DNA of 64,000 nt from Paragordius varius (lineage: Eukaryota > Animalia > Nematomorpha): NCBI GenBank assembly GCA_964247055.1, contig OZ176055.1:3534001-3598000 (forward strand). The letters are read 5' to 3'. How positions within the stretch are numbered: position 1 is the stretch's first letter; each line of letters starts with the position of its first letter. Positions 13,434-27,307 of this stretch are shown here, piece after piece. Position numbers and translations under genes: made by a program. The notes under the pieces were generated by a model. That model made no database searches. It was not told the DNA's origin and worked only from the letters and a program-made list of their open reading frames with translations.

Positions 13434-14045
13434 CTTAACCCTAACAAAACCAAAATATTATATACTGGAGAAAAGCCTGCAATTATTATAAATGAAGTAA
13501 AAATAGAAGTAGTTAATTAATAAAAGTTTTTTGGTTCTATAATTTCCGAGGATGGCACTTCAACTCCTGACATCAGAAAGAGAATAGGATTGGGTAGAGA
13601 AGCGATGATCCAATTAATTTGGAAAAACAAAAGCGTAGCAGTTGAAACTAAAAAAAGATTACTCTACTGTTTTGTACTCCAGGTCTCCACGTATGGTTGT
13701 GTGAGCTAGACTCTCAGAAAAGAGACAAAGAAAGGCTCATGGCTTTCGAAAGGAGCATCTGGCGCAAGATGCTAGGATACACCTGGAAGGATAAAATTAA
13801 GAATGGAAATCGACAGAAATAAATCCTAAAACAAACACCCTGGAGATAAATTTAAAAAGAACGTTAACATATTTTGGTCATTTCATGCGATCGAACTCCC
13901 TAGAGAAAGACACAATATTTGGGATGGTAGAAACAAAGGAAACGAGACCGTCCACCGATGAGTTGGTTGGATATGATAAAAGAGGAGACCAAGATGACAT
14001 TGAACGATCTCAATGTAGCGGTAAAAGATAGAAGGAAGTGGACAT
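13434..14045 (+). mobile_element. Degenerate 3' fragment of an RTE-clade (BovB-like) non-LTR retrotransposon
   Basis: Frameshifted and stop-interrupted peptides LNPNKTKI, GSIISEDG, DIRKRIG, IWKNKSV..TKKRL, TYG, MAFE..WRKMLGYTWKD, YFGHFMR..LEKDTIFGMVE, DRRKW. These match the post-RT C-terminus typical of RTE elements. Confidence 0.8.
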
Positions 14046-15940
14046 TAAAAGTTAATATTAATTTAAAAGTTTGGCTAAATGAAGAGAATAGGTTGTTTCT
14101 ATTAATAAATACTTAGAGATTCTTTAAAAATGATAAATATTTATTGGAAATTCTCATGTCAATGATTGCGTTGTATTCATGAGTGTTAAGTTGCAAAACA
14201 CTATTCTCAGTTTATTATTCACTTTATATAATTATCATTTAATTTTTTAACACAGATTTTTGAGTCAATTAAAAACATTATTATTTTGTAATATCATACT
14301 GTAACCAAAGATTTTTAACGATAAATCTAATTATATGTATCCAGAAAAGGGGTGATTATATTGCATTGTATTTATAAGAATACATGTAAAACATTTAGAT
14401 ATTTTTAAGGGCTACGTGTAGATCTATAATTATAAACAAGCACCATCTTTATCATTACCAAAGTAAACCATGTGTTTGAAACCATATAAAAATACATCAG
14501 TTACAAAATATACAAGTTAATAGATGCATGAGCAAATATTCCGGAAAACAATAGGCCGCGGGTGTTTCTTTTTATTATGCGACATGGGGCACTTTTTATA
14601 TTTGCCTTAAGTTAGGTACCAGTTAAGTCGAAGAACCGAAAGAACAGTTAAAATAAAATAATAAATCGTTAAAGTAAAATATTAGATAAAAAGTTTATAT
14701 TCGGATTGATAGAGAAAATGAAATTGTGGATTGCGATAATTGTACCATTTTACATGAATTGTTAAAAAGTTCTCTAGACATACATTTATTTAATCACTTG
14801 GATAAAACACATTCATTTCAATTCATTCGATTCAAGACCTAGTTGGACACCCCAGGTCTGTTTTAATTAAATACTTCCAAAAATATGGAAGGTAAAACCA
14901 TGGCAAAAGTTTGCAATTTAACATTAATCATGCGGAATATAAAAAAATCAAAAATAATTGATATTACTTACTTTGAAGAAACCTCAAAGATAGAAATTTA
15001 GTTAACATGACATGTGTTTAGCCGAATTCATAAATAATATAAAAATAAACCACTTTTGTTCTATCAATTTAAGATGTGATTTAAATAAAAAATAGCTTTA
15101 ATTTTGGTTTTAAAAATAAATAAACACGATAATTTGCAAAAATAGTGTAAAATAATAATGGCGAAGTAGTTTGATATGCTTTTTTTAAAAATTTATTTTC
15201 TATATATTTCGGCTTATTTATATATTTATTAATCATGAATTTAAATTGAGACCGCTTCTTTCAATAGTTTTTTAAATTATCAACTTATATAAAGACTGGG
15301 TATTTGGATATCCCGATTCGAATCGAAGTGTTAATACAAAATGCACGCAATAAATATTTTGTTAAAAAATATCTTTATTGATAGGAAAGTACATGGATAT
15401 TTTATGATGTTTTTGGGCCTTACATTAGAAATCACATAGGAAATGATTACATAAAATCGCAAATTTTGAACATTTATAAATAGTTTTGCTCAAAGCTAAT
15501 CCTTTAAGTCTAAATAAAATCTAAATATTATTCATAATTTATAATTTATAAGAAATAATATTTATGTTAATACTAACCTCTGAATCCAGACCTATCTAAA
15601 ATAGGCTAATTTTCCTAAAGAAGACGCAAAATGCCTGATTGCGCGATTTGATCTACTATGACATTAAGATAAAGTATATGCTACTTAATTTAAGCTTCAT
15701 CAAAATTTTGTTGAATATTTTATTGTATTTCAAATCTTAGTTGAGACAGTATGAAAACAGTTTAAGTCATTATAAAAAATAATATCTTATTAATTTTCAA
15801 TTTGATTAGTTTTAATTGTCTTTAAATTCAAACAAAAATGTTTTCCTATAAATTTTATTAAAATTTGATCGCAATATTCATGAAGTATTTTTACTAAAAT
15901 TATTTACATCATATTGTCACTCTCGAATTCAAAAAGTAAT

Positions 15941-17193
15941 ATGGTAAAAATTACCCCTGATTTATTAAAGGAGTCCCCCCAATACTTCAATCCAGTGAAG
16001 GATAGAGAACTTGATTTAAGGGGATTGAAAATAGCGGTGATTGAAAATATGGCATCTGCATTTGTAATATTTATTTTATTTTAGGATCAATTTGACACGA
16101 TTGACTTCTCTGATAATGAAATAAGAAAGCTTGATGGTTTTGCGGTTATGAAACGATTAAAACACCTATTAATGAACCATAATCAAATTTAGTAAATTTT
16201 ATTTTAATGTTAGTCGCATAAGCGATAAATTACATGTAAGCCTGCCAAATCTTCGAACGTTAATACTTTCATCTAATATGATTAATGAATTAGCAGTATT
16301 GGATTCTTTAAAAAATTGTAAACATTTGGAATGTCTATGGTATAAATTTATTTTATATCTCAGTTTGCTTGGAAACCCAGTTTCCAAATTGTATAACTAC
16401 CGTCTTTATGTCATTCATAAAATTCCACAACTCAAAATTTTAGATTTTCAAAAAATTAAAATAAAGGTAAACTGTTTTATCATAATACATTTATAGGAGA
16501 GGGAACAAGCCGAAAAAGTTTTTAAAAACATGGAAAAAAAAGATTCTTCAACAATGAATGGAACAACGCCTGCTAAAACATTTGTTCCTGGTGAAATTCC
16601 ACAACAAATCACAAATAAACCGTCAAAACCAAAAGATATAAAGGCTATAAGGGTTTAGTTTTTTTTTATATGAATTAAAACGGTAGTATTTTTGTACTAA
16701 TTAATTTAAAATTCAGACCGCAATTTCCGTCGGTTATGAAAAACTATATATTTAGAGTTGTTTTTAAATCTTCAACACAGTTATCCAGAAATATTGTTTT
16801 TAAAGTATAAATATTTTTGTGGCTTCTTACGTTCATATTTTGCAGCTTGACTGTAAATTCTAAAATATAACATTTCAATTAAAACCATAAACAATGGAAA
16901 CAGATTATTTTGTTAATATATTCTTTAGAATCGTTATACTTTTTGAATTTATTAAAATCTATATATATTAAATTATAGTTTCGGTTCCAATCCTAAAATC
17001 TATCAATAATAATTATTTTAGAGATAGAAGCTTATGAACGGTTAAATAATAAATTTGTTTTAGAAAAAAATTATTTAAATTTAGAATTGTTTTTGTTATA
17101 ATTTTATATTAGGAAGCCATTGCTAAAGCCACGAGTATTGAAGAGATTGAAAGGTTACAAACTCTCCTATTGGACGCTGAATTCAGTCAGTAG
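15941..17193 (+). CDS. SNRPA1: U2 small nuclear ribonucleoprotein A' (LRR protein), 6 exons
   Basis: MVKITPDLLKESPQYFNPVKDRELDLRG..IENM, DQFDTIDFSDNEIRKLDGF, LLGNPV...YRLYVIHKIPQLKILDFQKIK|ERE, EAIAKATSIEEIERL. Introns 16064-16084, 16192-16213, 16340-16363, 16467-16496 and ~16633-17112. Confidence 0.95.
16064..16496 (+). other. Cluster of four ultra-short GT-AG introns (21, 22, 24 and 30 nt)
   Basis: gtaatatttattttattttag; gtaaattttattttaatgttag; gtataaatttattttatatctcag; gtaaactgttttatcataatacatttatag. Removing each restores the U2A' alignment. Confidence 0.92.
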
Positions 17194-17518
17194 TTGAAAA
17201 CATCGAATCAAAAACTTCTGTAAATATTATATAAAACTAAATAAATAAATATAGATTTATATTATACAACAAGATTATATATATTAATTAAATTGCCAAA
17301 TTGGGTGAACAAATATTAAAAAACTTATTTTTGAGGATGATTATTGTTTTGATTAAATAATTTATTGTAAGCATATCCTAAACTTTGTGATTTGAAATAT
17401 ATACATAAAGAAAATTACAAACAATTTATTATATTATTTCGGTTCTGCATGGGCGATCCATTATCCTAAAAATAACAAAAACCGTATATATGTGTGTTCA
17501 TAAATATTTGACCGTTTG

Positions 17519-17789
17519 AAATTATACAGACAAAACGTAAAAATATAAAGACACATTTTTTTTCAAAAGAAAACCATACTTTTTTAAACCTCAATTTATT
17601 TTTTATAAAAATCATTTAAATACGATCGTAAATACATGGTTGATTGTGTTAACAATTGGCATCTCTATTTTTATTTGAAGTTTAAAACAATCAGTATTAT
17701 TAAAAAAATAAAATTTAAAAAGTATGGTTTCTTTGAAAAAAAACATTTGTCTTTATATTTTTACGTTTGTATAATTTTAATATTTACTG
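17519..17789. mobile_element. MITE family A copy
   Basis: Same long inverted arms as 8742-9020; right end actg|ta. Confidence 0.8.
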
Positions 17790-18560
17790 TAAATATGAGA
17801 AAAAATATGTCTTGGTATTTAAATTTGACTACTGCAAATAAACAGCTCAGAGGTCCTCCAACTCTTCTTTCATCAACCTTAACAATATTTATAATTCATT
17901 CGTTTTTTTGGATTTTCATAAAAATATGGATAATCACGTGAAAATCAAAGGTGGTATTTTGATAAGTTAATAGCGGAACCCTCGCTGAACCTAATTTTAT
18001 TTAAATAGTAAAAACCGGGATAATATCTACACTTTAATACACAAATTATACACTTATATCCATTGATAAAAATTAAGATAGTCAGGGTTATATAACGCAA
18101 AATATGCCTACATATAAAATTAATAAAAAACCTACATAAAGTTAAATTTATTAATATAAAAAAACGGATTACTTTAAATCTGTCTATGGGCTTAATTAAA
18201 CGAACGATTTCATATAATTTGGATTTATTGTGATTATGAAAATTAATATTTAATAAAAGCAAAAGTTCGGTTATTTCAATTTATATAATCTTTAATTAAT
18301 TTATTTATTAAAAAAATATTTAGAATTTATCAAATAACTATTGATTTTTGTTCAAAATTGGACTGAAGTCGTCCCTATTGGCAACGCCATAATAAATTCG
18401 CACAACTATTTAATTTAACAAAATGTATACACCTATTACATTAAAAATTTATTATAAGGGTCATTTAAATACTTGGTGATAATGATGATTAATTAATATC
18501 TTTTATATATACTATATAAGTCATAAATAATTAAAAATATATAATTTTAATATACATATA

Positions 18561-18741
18561 GAGTATGCATTTTAATGGTTGCTTATTTCACACTATAGTA
18601 TGGCAATTCGCAACACAGTAGTGTATGGAAAAATCAACAAAATGTTAAATAATTCATTATTTCCTTTCTTTTTTCCATGCATTCCTGTGATGCAAATAGC
18701 CCACTATAGTTTGAAATAAGCAAACATAAAAATGCATACTG
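18561..18741. mobile_element. MITE family B (CAGTATGCATTTTAATGGTTGC TIR, TA-flanked)
   Basis: agtatgcattttaatggttgcttatttcacactatagt is inverted by actatagtttgaaataagcaaacataaaaatgcatactg|ta. Second copy at ~36563-36731. Confidence 0.75.
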
Positions 18742-19015
18742 TATATATATATACATATATATATAAAGTGCTGTTAAATGGTTTATATATATATATTTAA
18801 ATTACCAAAAAATGATGCGTGGTGCATTTTAAATATTTCGGTATAAAATGACTTTTGTTTGATTAGAATGTGAGTGTAAGAGCATTTAATTAAAGAAAAA
18901 AATTAAAACATCCATAAAATTGTGACTAAAAATTTCTTTTGTAAAGAAGCAAATAACTTGATTTTGTCGCTTTTTAGAAAAAAATTGGCATTTAATAATT
19001 TGTTAAAAATGTACG

Positions 19016-22000
19016 TCATGTAATTTTTTTCGTATGATTTTCTGGAAAAACTCCACGTATTCCTGAGCTTAAATTTTCACCATACAACCAACCAGGATCC
19101 TACAAAATAAAATTAATATAACAGTAAAAAATGAGATATAGTCAAAGTGTAAGTAAAAGACAAATATTATTTTATATAAAATAAAACAATATTGTGCTAA
19201 CCAGTGACATTCAAATCTTGCCCCAAATGTTCCTGAATTATTCATTTAATTTTTGAGAGGCTAATTTAGAATATAAATGTTTGCTTATGTGTCAAAAAAT
19301 ATGCAATATTTGTCGGTATTTTGTGGTGCACGGCCCTTATGTAAAAAAATTTAGACGGCCTTTGAATTTTTTTAGTGAGTACCATTGATTTTAACTTTAA
19401 TTTTAGTGCCTCATAGTTTGCAAAATATGGAATAGAGCTATAAATTGTTTATACAATCATGTGCGCAGAAAACATCAAGACATAAAAAATTATGTCTTTT
19501 GAAAAAAAAATATTTGTCTTTTAGTTTTAAAGTTTTGTCATTATAATTTTGAGCAAATATGGGACGATATAAACGAATTAATTTAAATAAAATAAAAACT
19601 AAAAGTGTTTAGATAAAATTTAATTTTACTAAATCTTCTGGGAATTCGGAAGCCGGAAGTACCCTTATTATGTCACCTGGCTCAAGGTTAAGTTCATCAT
19701 CATCTTCTTGTACGTATTTAAATAGGGCTTTCACCTATACATACATATATATATATATATATTAATACAGAATGAGTAAAAACGCATAGCTAGAACTTTT
19801 CATTATATATTTTATTGGCTTAAGTTGGTTTTTTTCGCTTTTTATTACGATTAGCCAATAACAATGCTTTTTGCTGTATGCGCTATCTGGAGAATGCAAT
19901 TTTACTTATACTCTTGCTATATTGCAATTTATAAAGTATTATAATTTTATAGAAATTAATATTCGTACTTTATGAAGTGAAGGGGTATTTGTAGTTTGTC
20001 CATTTTTTTGTTTCAATGCTGATTTTATGATTCTTGGTGATGTTTTAATGGTAACTGAATCGATATTTGACGTATTCTTGAGTTCCTGTAAATAATTCAA
20101 TATTTGTTGATTTAATTGCTGCATCAAATTTTTTTATAAAAGATTATTGTATAAACAGGCTAAATCTAAATAAAAACCAACAATCTTAGATAAATCGCGC
20201 ATAATAAAATATTTTATGACAAAATGTTAATGATAAAAATTTATACTACATATGGCCAATAAGTGTTTACTTTATATAATAGCATACAGTATAAGCCGTT
20301 CCGCTTTAAAATCTTAAAAAATTAAAGGAAAAAAATTAATTGTTATTATATAGGTGACAGAAATAAAATACAGTTAAAACTTCTTTTTATGCTGACTATT
20401 CCTTTTTTAACTCTTTTTGTGGAAAAATTTTATTAATGTTTACTTAAATTTATGCAAACACAAATAATTCTTTAACACATCGAAATGTGTTAAAAATGCT
20501 TTATTAAGCAAAGTGACATGACATAACACCTTGACATTACCATGTGTCTAGAGTTAGATTATATCAAAAAATGTTTTAAGCAAAAATACTTTTTTTATAA
20601 TGCATTTTTTATGTTAACAAAATAAACTTGTGTTTCAAGTGAATAATCATCAATCTCATCCTCATCAAACGGATTTTTCCCTTCTGAAATTTCGATCTCA
20701 GAATTCTGAGTATTCTCGTTTGGTGATTTTGTTGCATTGAATGAAACCCGTTTGGGGAATGATGAAGAGTTATAATTCATGACATTGTCTGGGCTGCCTT
20801 GTAATGATTTAGGGGGAGAGGTGTGATGTTCATCAGGTGCATATATTTCACGTTCTAGCGTAAAAACCAACAAATTTTTATGATATATCCAATAAAAAAT
20901 TATTTTTTATTGCAGACTAATAAATAACAAAAAATAATGGATTATATTAAAACTATTTTTCAATCGGCTTTAGAATGAAAAGTTATGCAAAAAAAGGTAT
21001 AGGAAAAATTAAAAAGACCTTTTGTAGGAACGAATTAAGGGTGTTTAATGCAAAAATAATATCAAAACTCATCCATGTTTGATGAGGACTATGTCCGTAA
21101 CCTAAATTATCTTACCCCTATTTTAACAAAAATATACAGTATGTACATGTATGTCCACCAAACATTATTTTTGGACAATTGGTTATACAGTAGCGTATGA
21201 TATATAACAAATTGTGTCCGCCATAAAATAAACAAAATTAATAGGAAAATTGTTTAATTTCTACCATTAGTTGGTTTTACCCATACGCTGCTGTATTACC
21301 AATGGACCAACATAAATATGCGTACTGTAATTTTATAATAAATTTTTAAAATATTATGATAATACAAACCTTCACTTAAAACACTAGGCATAAATTTATT
21401 TGAATGCTGTTCGATATTGTTGGCAGAAATGGAGTCCGTGTTGAGAGCACGTGACATTTGCTGTGATTGGTGTTCCAACGCTCGACCAATGGCGACAGAT
21501 TCATCTGTATCCTCAAGGGAATGAACACTTTTGGAACTAAATTTATAAACAACAACAAAACTTTGATTTAATCTTAATGATCGCAATAAATTATGAATTT
21601 TAATCCTTAATATCCTTTAACATCTTTTTTATATAAATTATAGAAATCGATCAAACAAAAAATATGGTTGCTAAAGAACGCTTTTAAGGAAAACCATGTT
21701 GTTTATTTGTATATACATCTTCAAATGTAAGGCGTAAAATGGAATAACTATTAGTATACCTTCACCTCAAATTCCCCCTTGAACAATTTAATTTCACCTC
21801 AAAATATATATGTCATAAAGATAGATTTCAAATAAATGATGAGTTATATAAGTTCACAAACGCATATTTTTTAGGGTGATTAGAAATGTTTGAGGGTGAA
21901 ATAAGCTTTGAATGGTATATTTTGATAGCCGCTATTCAATTTTTTATGTATATGAACACCATTTCATGATTTAAAATTTTAGTTTAACCTGAACCAGTAA

Positions 22001-24037
22001 GCTCTGAAACAGGTAAAACCATTTATTTTAAAACCTTAAAATTTAACCATAATTAAAGAATGAAACAATATCAAACTTTAAATATCAAATAAACAAACAA
22101 TTTTAATATATTTTCATCAAACCGTGTTATAAAAATAAATCCCAATCAAATTAAAAAATATTCAAAAATTGTATCATTGTTTGAAATAATTGTTTATAAA
22201 CTAATTTATTTATGGAATCGAAAACTTTAAAAAGCAATATTTTACTTAAGTGATGAGGACAACGCTAAAGGCTGCCAAGCCTTTTCAGTTTTCCCAATGC
22301 CTTCAGCCAATCCATCCATGATTTCACTCAATTCATTGTTAATCTTATATATATAGATTTTATGTTTTATATATTTAAATAAAAATAAATTTTCATAAAA
22401 TTTTTTTAAAAATAAGTAAAATTGTTAAAATCATTTATTTGGGTGGTTTATAAGCTAAAAGTTATGATAATTTATTATATTATTAAACAAAATGACAAAC
22501 GCTTATAATAATTTTTATGTAAGTCTTAAAACAAAAATTATTTAACAACAATTTTTCCTTATGATATTGATTTTGACATGAAAGATTTAAGAGAATAGTT
22601 TAACTTATAAATAAAATCAATGAATAACGTAAATTAAAGGATAAAAAATATTATCAGATTAGTAAAAAAAACCTTTGCCATTTCATTGTGGAATTGCAAA
22701 TCGGCCGCGAATAGAGATTGAAAATGAGATACAAGGAAAGAAATGCGACTAAATATTAAATAATCGAAAATTAAAAAATTATTAATATATTTAAAATTAC
22801 TAAAAAAAGTAAATTTTTTTGGATAAAGTAATTAAATACGATTGATAGAGGGCAGGAAGGGATTCGTGTAATTCAGAGTTCAAATCTTGAAATATCTTTT
22901 TGGCCTCATTTAATTGATCGAAAGCCTATTTAAAGTAAAAACAATAATATAAATTAAACAAATTTTAATACGGTTAGGACCAAAAAAATAATGTCAAAAT
23001 TATATTAATATATTTGTTGCTAAAATGAGTTGTAATTAGTATGCATACATTTAATAAAATATTTAAATGTTTTCGTGTAATTAGTTTATTGTTTTCTTAA
23101 CCAAAATACTTCCGTGTTTATACATCTTTATTACGCTAAACATATATTATAAAATCCTTCTCTCCTTTTAACAAAATTAATAATTAAATAATATCATAAA
23201 ATTTTTTTACGAAATTTAATATTTAAAAACGTGATTTACTTTTTTGATTTTAATTTCATCGCGTTTTTTGCCATTAGTATTGATGAGGGTATCATAGTTA
23301 TGGCGGGCTGAATCAAAATACAACAATTTTCGGCTCCGTTTATTAATTTTTTCCTACATATTATATATGAAAACACAATTTTAGAAAATATAGTTTAAAT
23401 AAAATAATATAATTTCAATAGTAGTTAAAAATTATTATATTATTCATTAAAGTCGGCTGATCAGAAATATTCAAGTATTTTTTATATAAATTATAATATA
23501 TAAATATATGCAAATTAAAAATATTTTAAGTTAAAAATTTAAAATTAAAACATCCAAAATTTAAAAAAATTATCAAAAATATAAATTTACTTTAATTTCA
23601 TTGAATTGATTATTATATGCGTTGAGTGGGATGAGAACTTGATTCTCAAGTTTCTCCACATAATCCAACCATGTATAATTGGCTGAATCTAACAAATGAT
23701 ACATCAGATCTTGTTTGTGCCAATCGGGTTCATATGTCTCCTTTATGGCTTCATATAAACTGGTTTCACAAGCAGATTGTTCTTGAATCGAATTTATATA
23801 GGCCCTTAAATCTTTATACAATTTATTTGAGATAGTCTAAAATAAGCTCTTTTGATTTTACTTGTTGTTTACTAAAATTTGCAATATAATCGTCAAATAA
23901 TTCATCTTTTGTTTTGTCAACTTTTCCAAGATTTACCAATAACTAAATGTTATTTATTAAAATACCTTTTCTTTAGCTCTCACAGCGCCCTTTTGCACCA
24001 CTTGGGCAAAATTGGACTTTTTGTCATTTGTTGACAT
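19016..24037 (-). CDS. BIN1: Amphiphysin/BIN1 (N-BAR domain, low-complexity linker, C-terminal SH3)
   Basis: RAKEK|LLVNLGKVDKTKDELF, LYKDLRAY..ETYEPDW, KRSRKLLYFDSARHNY, ELHESLPALYQS|RISF. SH3: LHK|VKALFKYVQEDDDELNLEPGD...DPGWLYG..GVFPENHTKKIT*. AMPH and BIN1 cannot be distinguished in an invertebrate. Introns of 23 nt (23943-23965) and 25 nt (23837-23861). Confidence 0.92.
21188..21293. mobile_element. Small MITE family C (TA|CAGTAGCGTAT...ATACGCT(G/A)CTG|TA, ~110 bp)
   Basis: TIRs with TA flanks; an oppositely oriented copy lies at 53053-53167. Confidence 0.8.
21754..21920. mobile_element. MITE family D (TATACCATTTACAC/AAATTCACCC arms)
   Basis: tataccttcacctcaaattccccctt inverted with gagggtgaaataagctttgaatggtatat. 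Related copies at ~31270-31523, 48124-48430, 52718-53022 and 61091-61608. Confidence 0.65.
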
Positions 24038-24569
24038 CAGCTGGCGGTAAACAAACTAAGGGATATGTATGTTTTTTACATGTTGTTTTTAGGCCGAATA
24101 TAATGATTATTATATATATAAATAAAAATACTTATTATTGATATCTAACTAATATCATTTGATGTGATAAAGTTAATTTTAGGTATAGTATCGTTAAAAC
24201 CAAAATTTAAGATAATTCGAGTTTTTGCAAAAAAGTGAGAAATTTAAGCTGTTTTATTAAAAATTATAGACTATAATAGTTTTTATAGAATGTGCACAAT
24301 ACTAATTAATATTATTCAGATATAAAGGTGTATCTAATAGGGTCTTCGTTTTGAGCTTACACATTTTGATTATGCCAAAAATCATAATATTTTCATATAA
24401 AACACCCCATACCATCAAATATTACAGATTTTCCATATATGCTTATTTTTTTCATAATCTAAGTAGGCTGTATTATAAAATGTATATGTTGATTGCAACT
24501 TTTTGGCAGAACATTGTTCAAGCCTATTTTATGTTTTAAAGTATGATAATACTTTATAAATCATTATTT

Positions 24570-26151
24570 TGATGTGGCTGAAAACAACTTCTTTTTTAAA
24601 AGATTTGTTTTCTGTTTTGACGAATTTGGTGCCTCATTACCGGCTACGTCGTCCATATGATCATCGATTAAGCGATTTCTGTATGTATCTTGACATACTT
24701 CATTTTTGAATATGCCGTCTCACACGTGTAAGTTTAGGGAAAAACAGTTGGGATACTTGAGCAATTTAATATTATATTTTCATATTTATTTGGCATATCT
24801 TGCCAAAAATTCATATCCTTTTTCGCTATGATTCTCCTAGAATAGCCTTCAAATTAGAATCATTTTTAAAATCTACGAATTCCTCAATCATATCCTGTCA
24901 AAACCGAAATGCGCAAGTTGCATAATATCAGCGAGTTCAAAGCAATTTTTAATATTTCTTAAAATCCGAATTTCATCTCAGATAAAAATGTTAAATCATT
25001 TTCTAATGTCCGCGGTAAATTCCATATATTCTTTATTCGTTTTAAGTGTTTAAAAATATAGGAGTGTTTTATTTATAAACCTTGTTTGTATATTATTAAT
25101 TTTTCTTCAAAAGCAAATATTTGATCACCTTGGGTAATTATTTTGCTTCCTTGAAGATTTATAAACTAAGTTTATAAGTAATATTGCAAATGTAGGTTTA
25201 TAAAACCCATTTAAAACTATTTATTCCCTAGTCAACCTTTCTCTTATCTTCTAAATAAAATTTTACGCCTTAAAACAAAAAATATTTTTAATACTTTCCA
25301 AGGCTTACCCATCTCTTAGCGGTGTACAAAATAATATCATCGGACTCACTGTGGATATCTTTCAGAAGGTTTTTGAATTTGCGGCGGGTTGAAATCTCTG
25401 CCACGGATGTGGTTAACTATATTCACAACCGCTATAATTACTGAATTGAGTGACCTTTACAGGCGAAACCAAGTGTGCTATAATAGCAATGAAAAAATAT
25501 ATATTTTGCGTATCAGATTTGTTTTTCAAAAGAGGAATATATCTATGTTATTCCAATCATAGAGGGACAGCCATCTGTGCAGATCGAAACCAATTTTTTT
25601 ATAGATATACCATTATTATGGAAAAAAGTGCTATTTATTTCAAGAAAATCAATTCCTTTCGTGGTATTATTTATTGGTCAACATTTTAATATTTCCCGTT
25701 GATTATGTTGTCGTTGCATAATCTCACGAAGAGCGCACATTGAGGTGTTAAACTCATATCAGTGGTAGAATCAATACAATACAAAAATCTGCAGATTTCA
25801 TAGCCAATAATGTATAAAAATATATTAAGACATATCTTCAATGCGTCGAGCACATGCTGAATCAGAAGTTGAATTTTTTTAATTTGCCTTATAATTTGAT
25901 CTTTATAATTAATTTTATCAAATAAAAAGTGCAACTTATATTAGATCTTTTATAAGTTGGAAATCAGTAAACGGTTTCATATTTTTTCCTAAAATATAAC
26001 ATATTTCATACGAGACTAATAAGCTTTTTTTCTGGGAGAAAGCTAAATAATAGATTTTCTTTCTAGTATAATTCCTTAATCTTTTTATGCTTTTCGTTTC
26101 TTTCCTTATTATTTTCGGGTAATTGAATGATGGATTAAAAATGTCTTTCAA
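24570..26151 (-). pseudogene. Decayed hAT transposase (Charlie/SPIN/GTF2IRD2-like)
   Basis: Fragmented peptides VSYEICYILGKNMKPFTD, IDSTTDMSLTPQCALFVR, TTKGIDF, LVSICTDGCPSMIG, FFHC and TYTCETAYSKMKYVK correspond to the conserved hAT DDE/dimerisation blocks. Many stops and frameshifts. A hAT-like end (gcagcccgcg...) lies at ~26750-26785. Confidence 0.8.
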
Positions 26152-27307
26152 TATTGTATTTTTTTATAATTATATGTTCCTATATAAGGCAGGTAACAAC
26201 ATTTTTATTTAAAAAGACAAAGAATTTTTTTTCTATTCTTTTTTAAGAAGCGACTATAAATCGGATGTTTTATTAGCATTAGATGTCATCTTTTAAATTT
26301 ATGTTTAAATATTATCTAAACTTTCTCATAAAATAGGATAATATGAGTTATGCTATAATAATACAGGTCGAAATTTAATGATGTTAAAAATTTTATGGGA
26401 TTAACTTATAAAAAATAATGTTGGATAGCAATGAAAAGAAAATGTGTATGCAAGTTTGGGTGAAAGGCTTGCTTAAATACAAAAAAGAGATGCAAAAAAA
26501 TAAAAATGGAAAAGAAAACAGAAAACAGAAACAACCTGTCCCAAAATATTAAAATAATTTTGTAGGGAAATTTTACATTTTAAATTGGGTAAAAAATTAA
26601 AAATTACGAAAATTTAATCTAAAGAAAATAAATTAATATTAAAATAAGCGAAAATTCTTTTGTGTGTATTTTAAAAATTCATCAATTATAAAAATAATTC
26701 AAGTATCAATATGGTCATAGGGCATTTTAAAGCACCCTTAGGGACGCATGCAGCCCGCGATCCGCGGTTTCAGTACCACCGTCTTACAATATATACTCTA
26801 ACAATTCATGATTTTTGGGTAGTTATATACTACAGGGCCGTTCGAAATTTAATATTTTAACAAATAATTTTAGCTTTGGGCCAAATTTAAAAGTATTCTA
26901 TTTTATTTAGAAGCATGCAAATATTCCCTGAAATAGAATATAGTAAAAAAAGGCTTAACCAATTTTTTCGCCGCTTTTTATTTATTTAGAGGACTTTGTT
27001 ACGGATTAATAACATAATAAAAATATAAGGGGTACCTACTCTAAAATATATAACAAACCTTTTAAGATTATATATTATAAGCTGAAACATAATGGCTTTG
27101 GGTATGCTGGAGCCTTATATTTCTATATATTATGTAGCGCTAAAGTAGCATACAGAAAGTATCCGCCATAAATAAATTAGATCTATATCGCATTCTTACG
27201 ATTTCAATATAAATAAAACACTCATTTTGCTAATTTATTTTGAAATTAGGCTTGCCGGCGTTATAAATCACACTTACCTTGTGGAACAGATTCAAAAAAA
27301 ATTTAAC

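Noticed and set aside
14100-15900. Scattered GC-richer patches that might be small exons of a hidden gene
   Set aside because: No consistent spliced frame or recognisable homology could be assembled by eye.
19737-19968. Candidate micro-exons and a 19-nt intron within the amphiphysin pre-SH3 intron
   Set aside because: Direct splicing gives LHK|VKALFKY, a good SH3 start; the simplest micro-exon routes hit stops.
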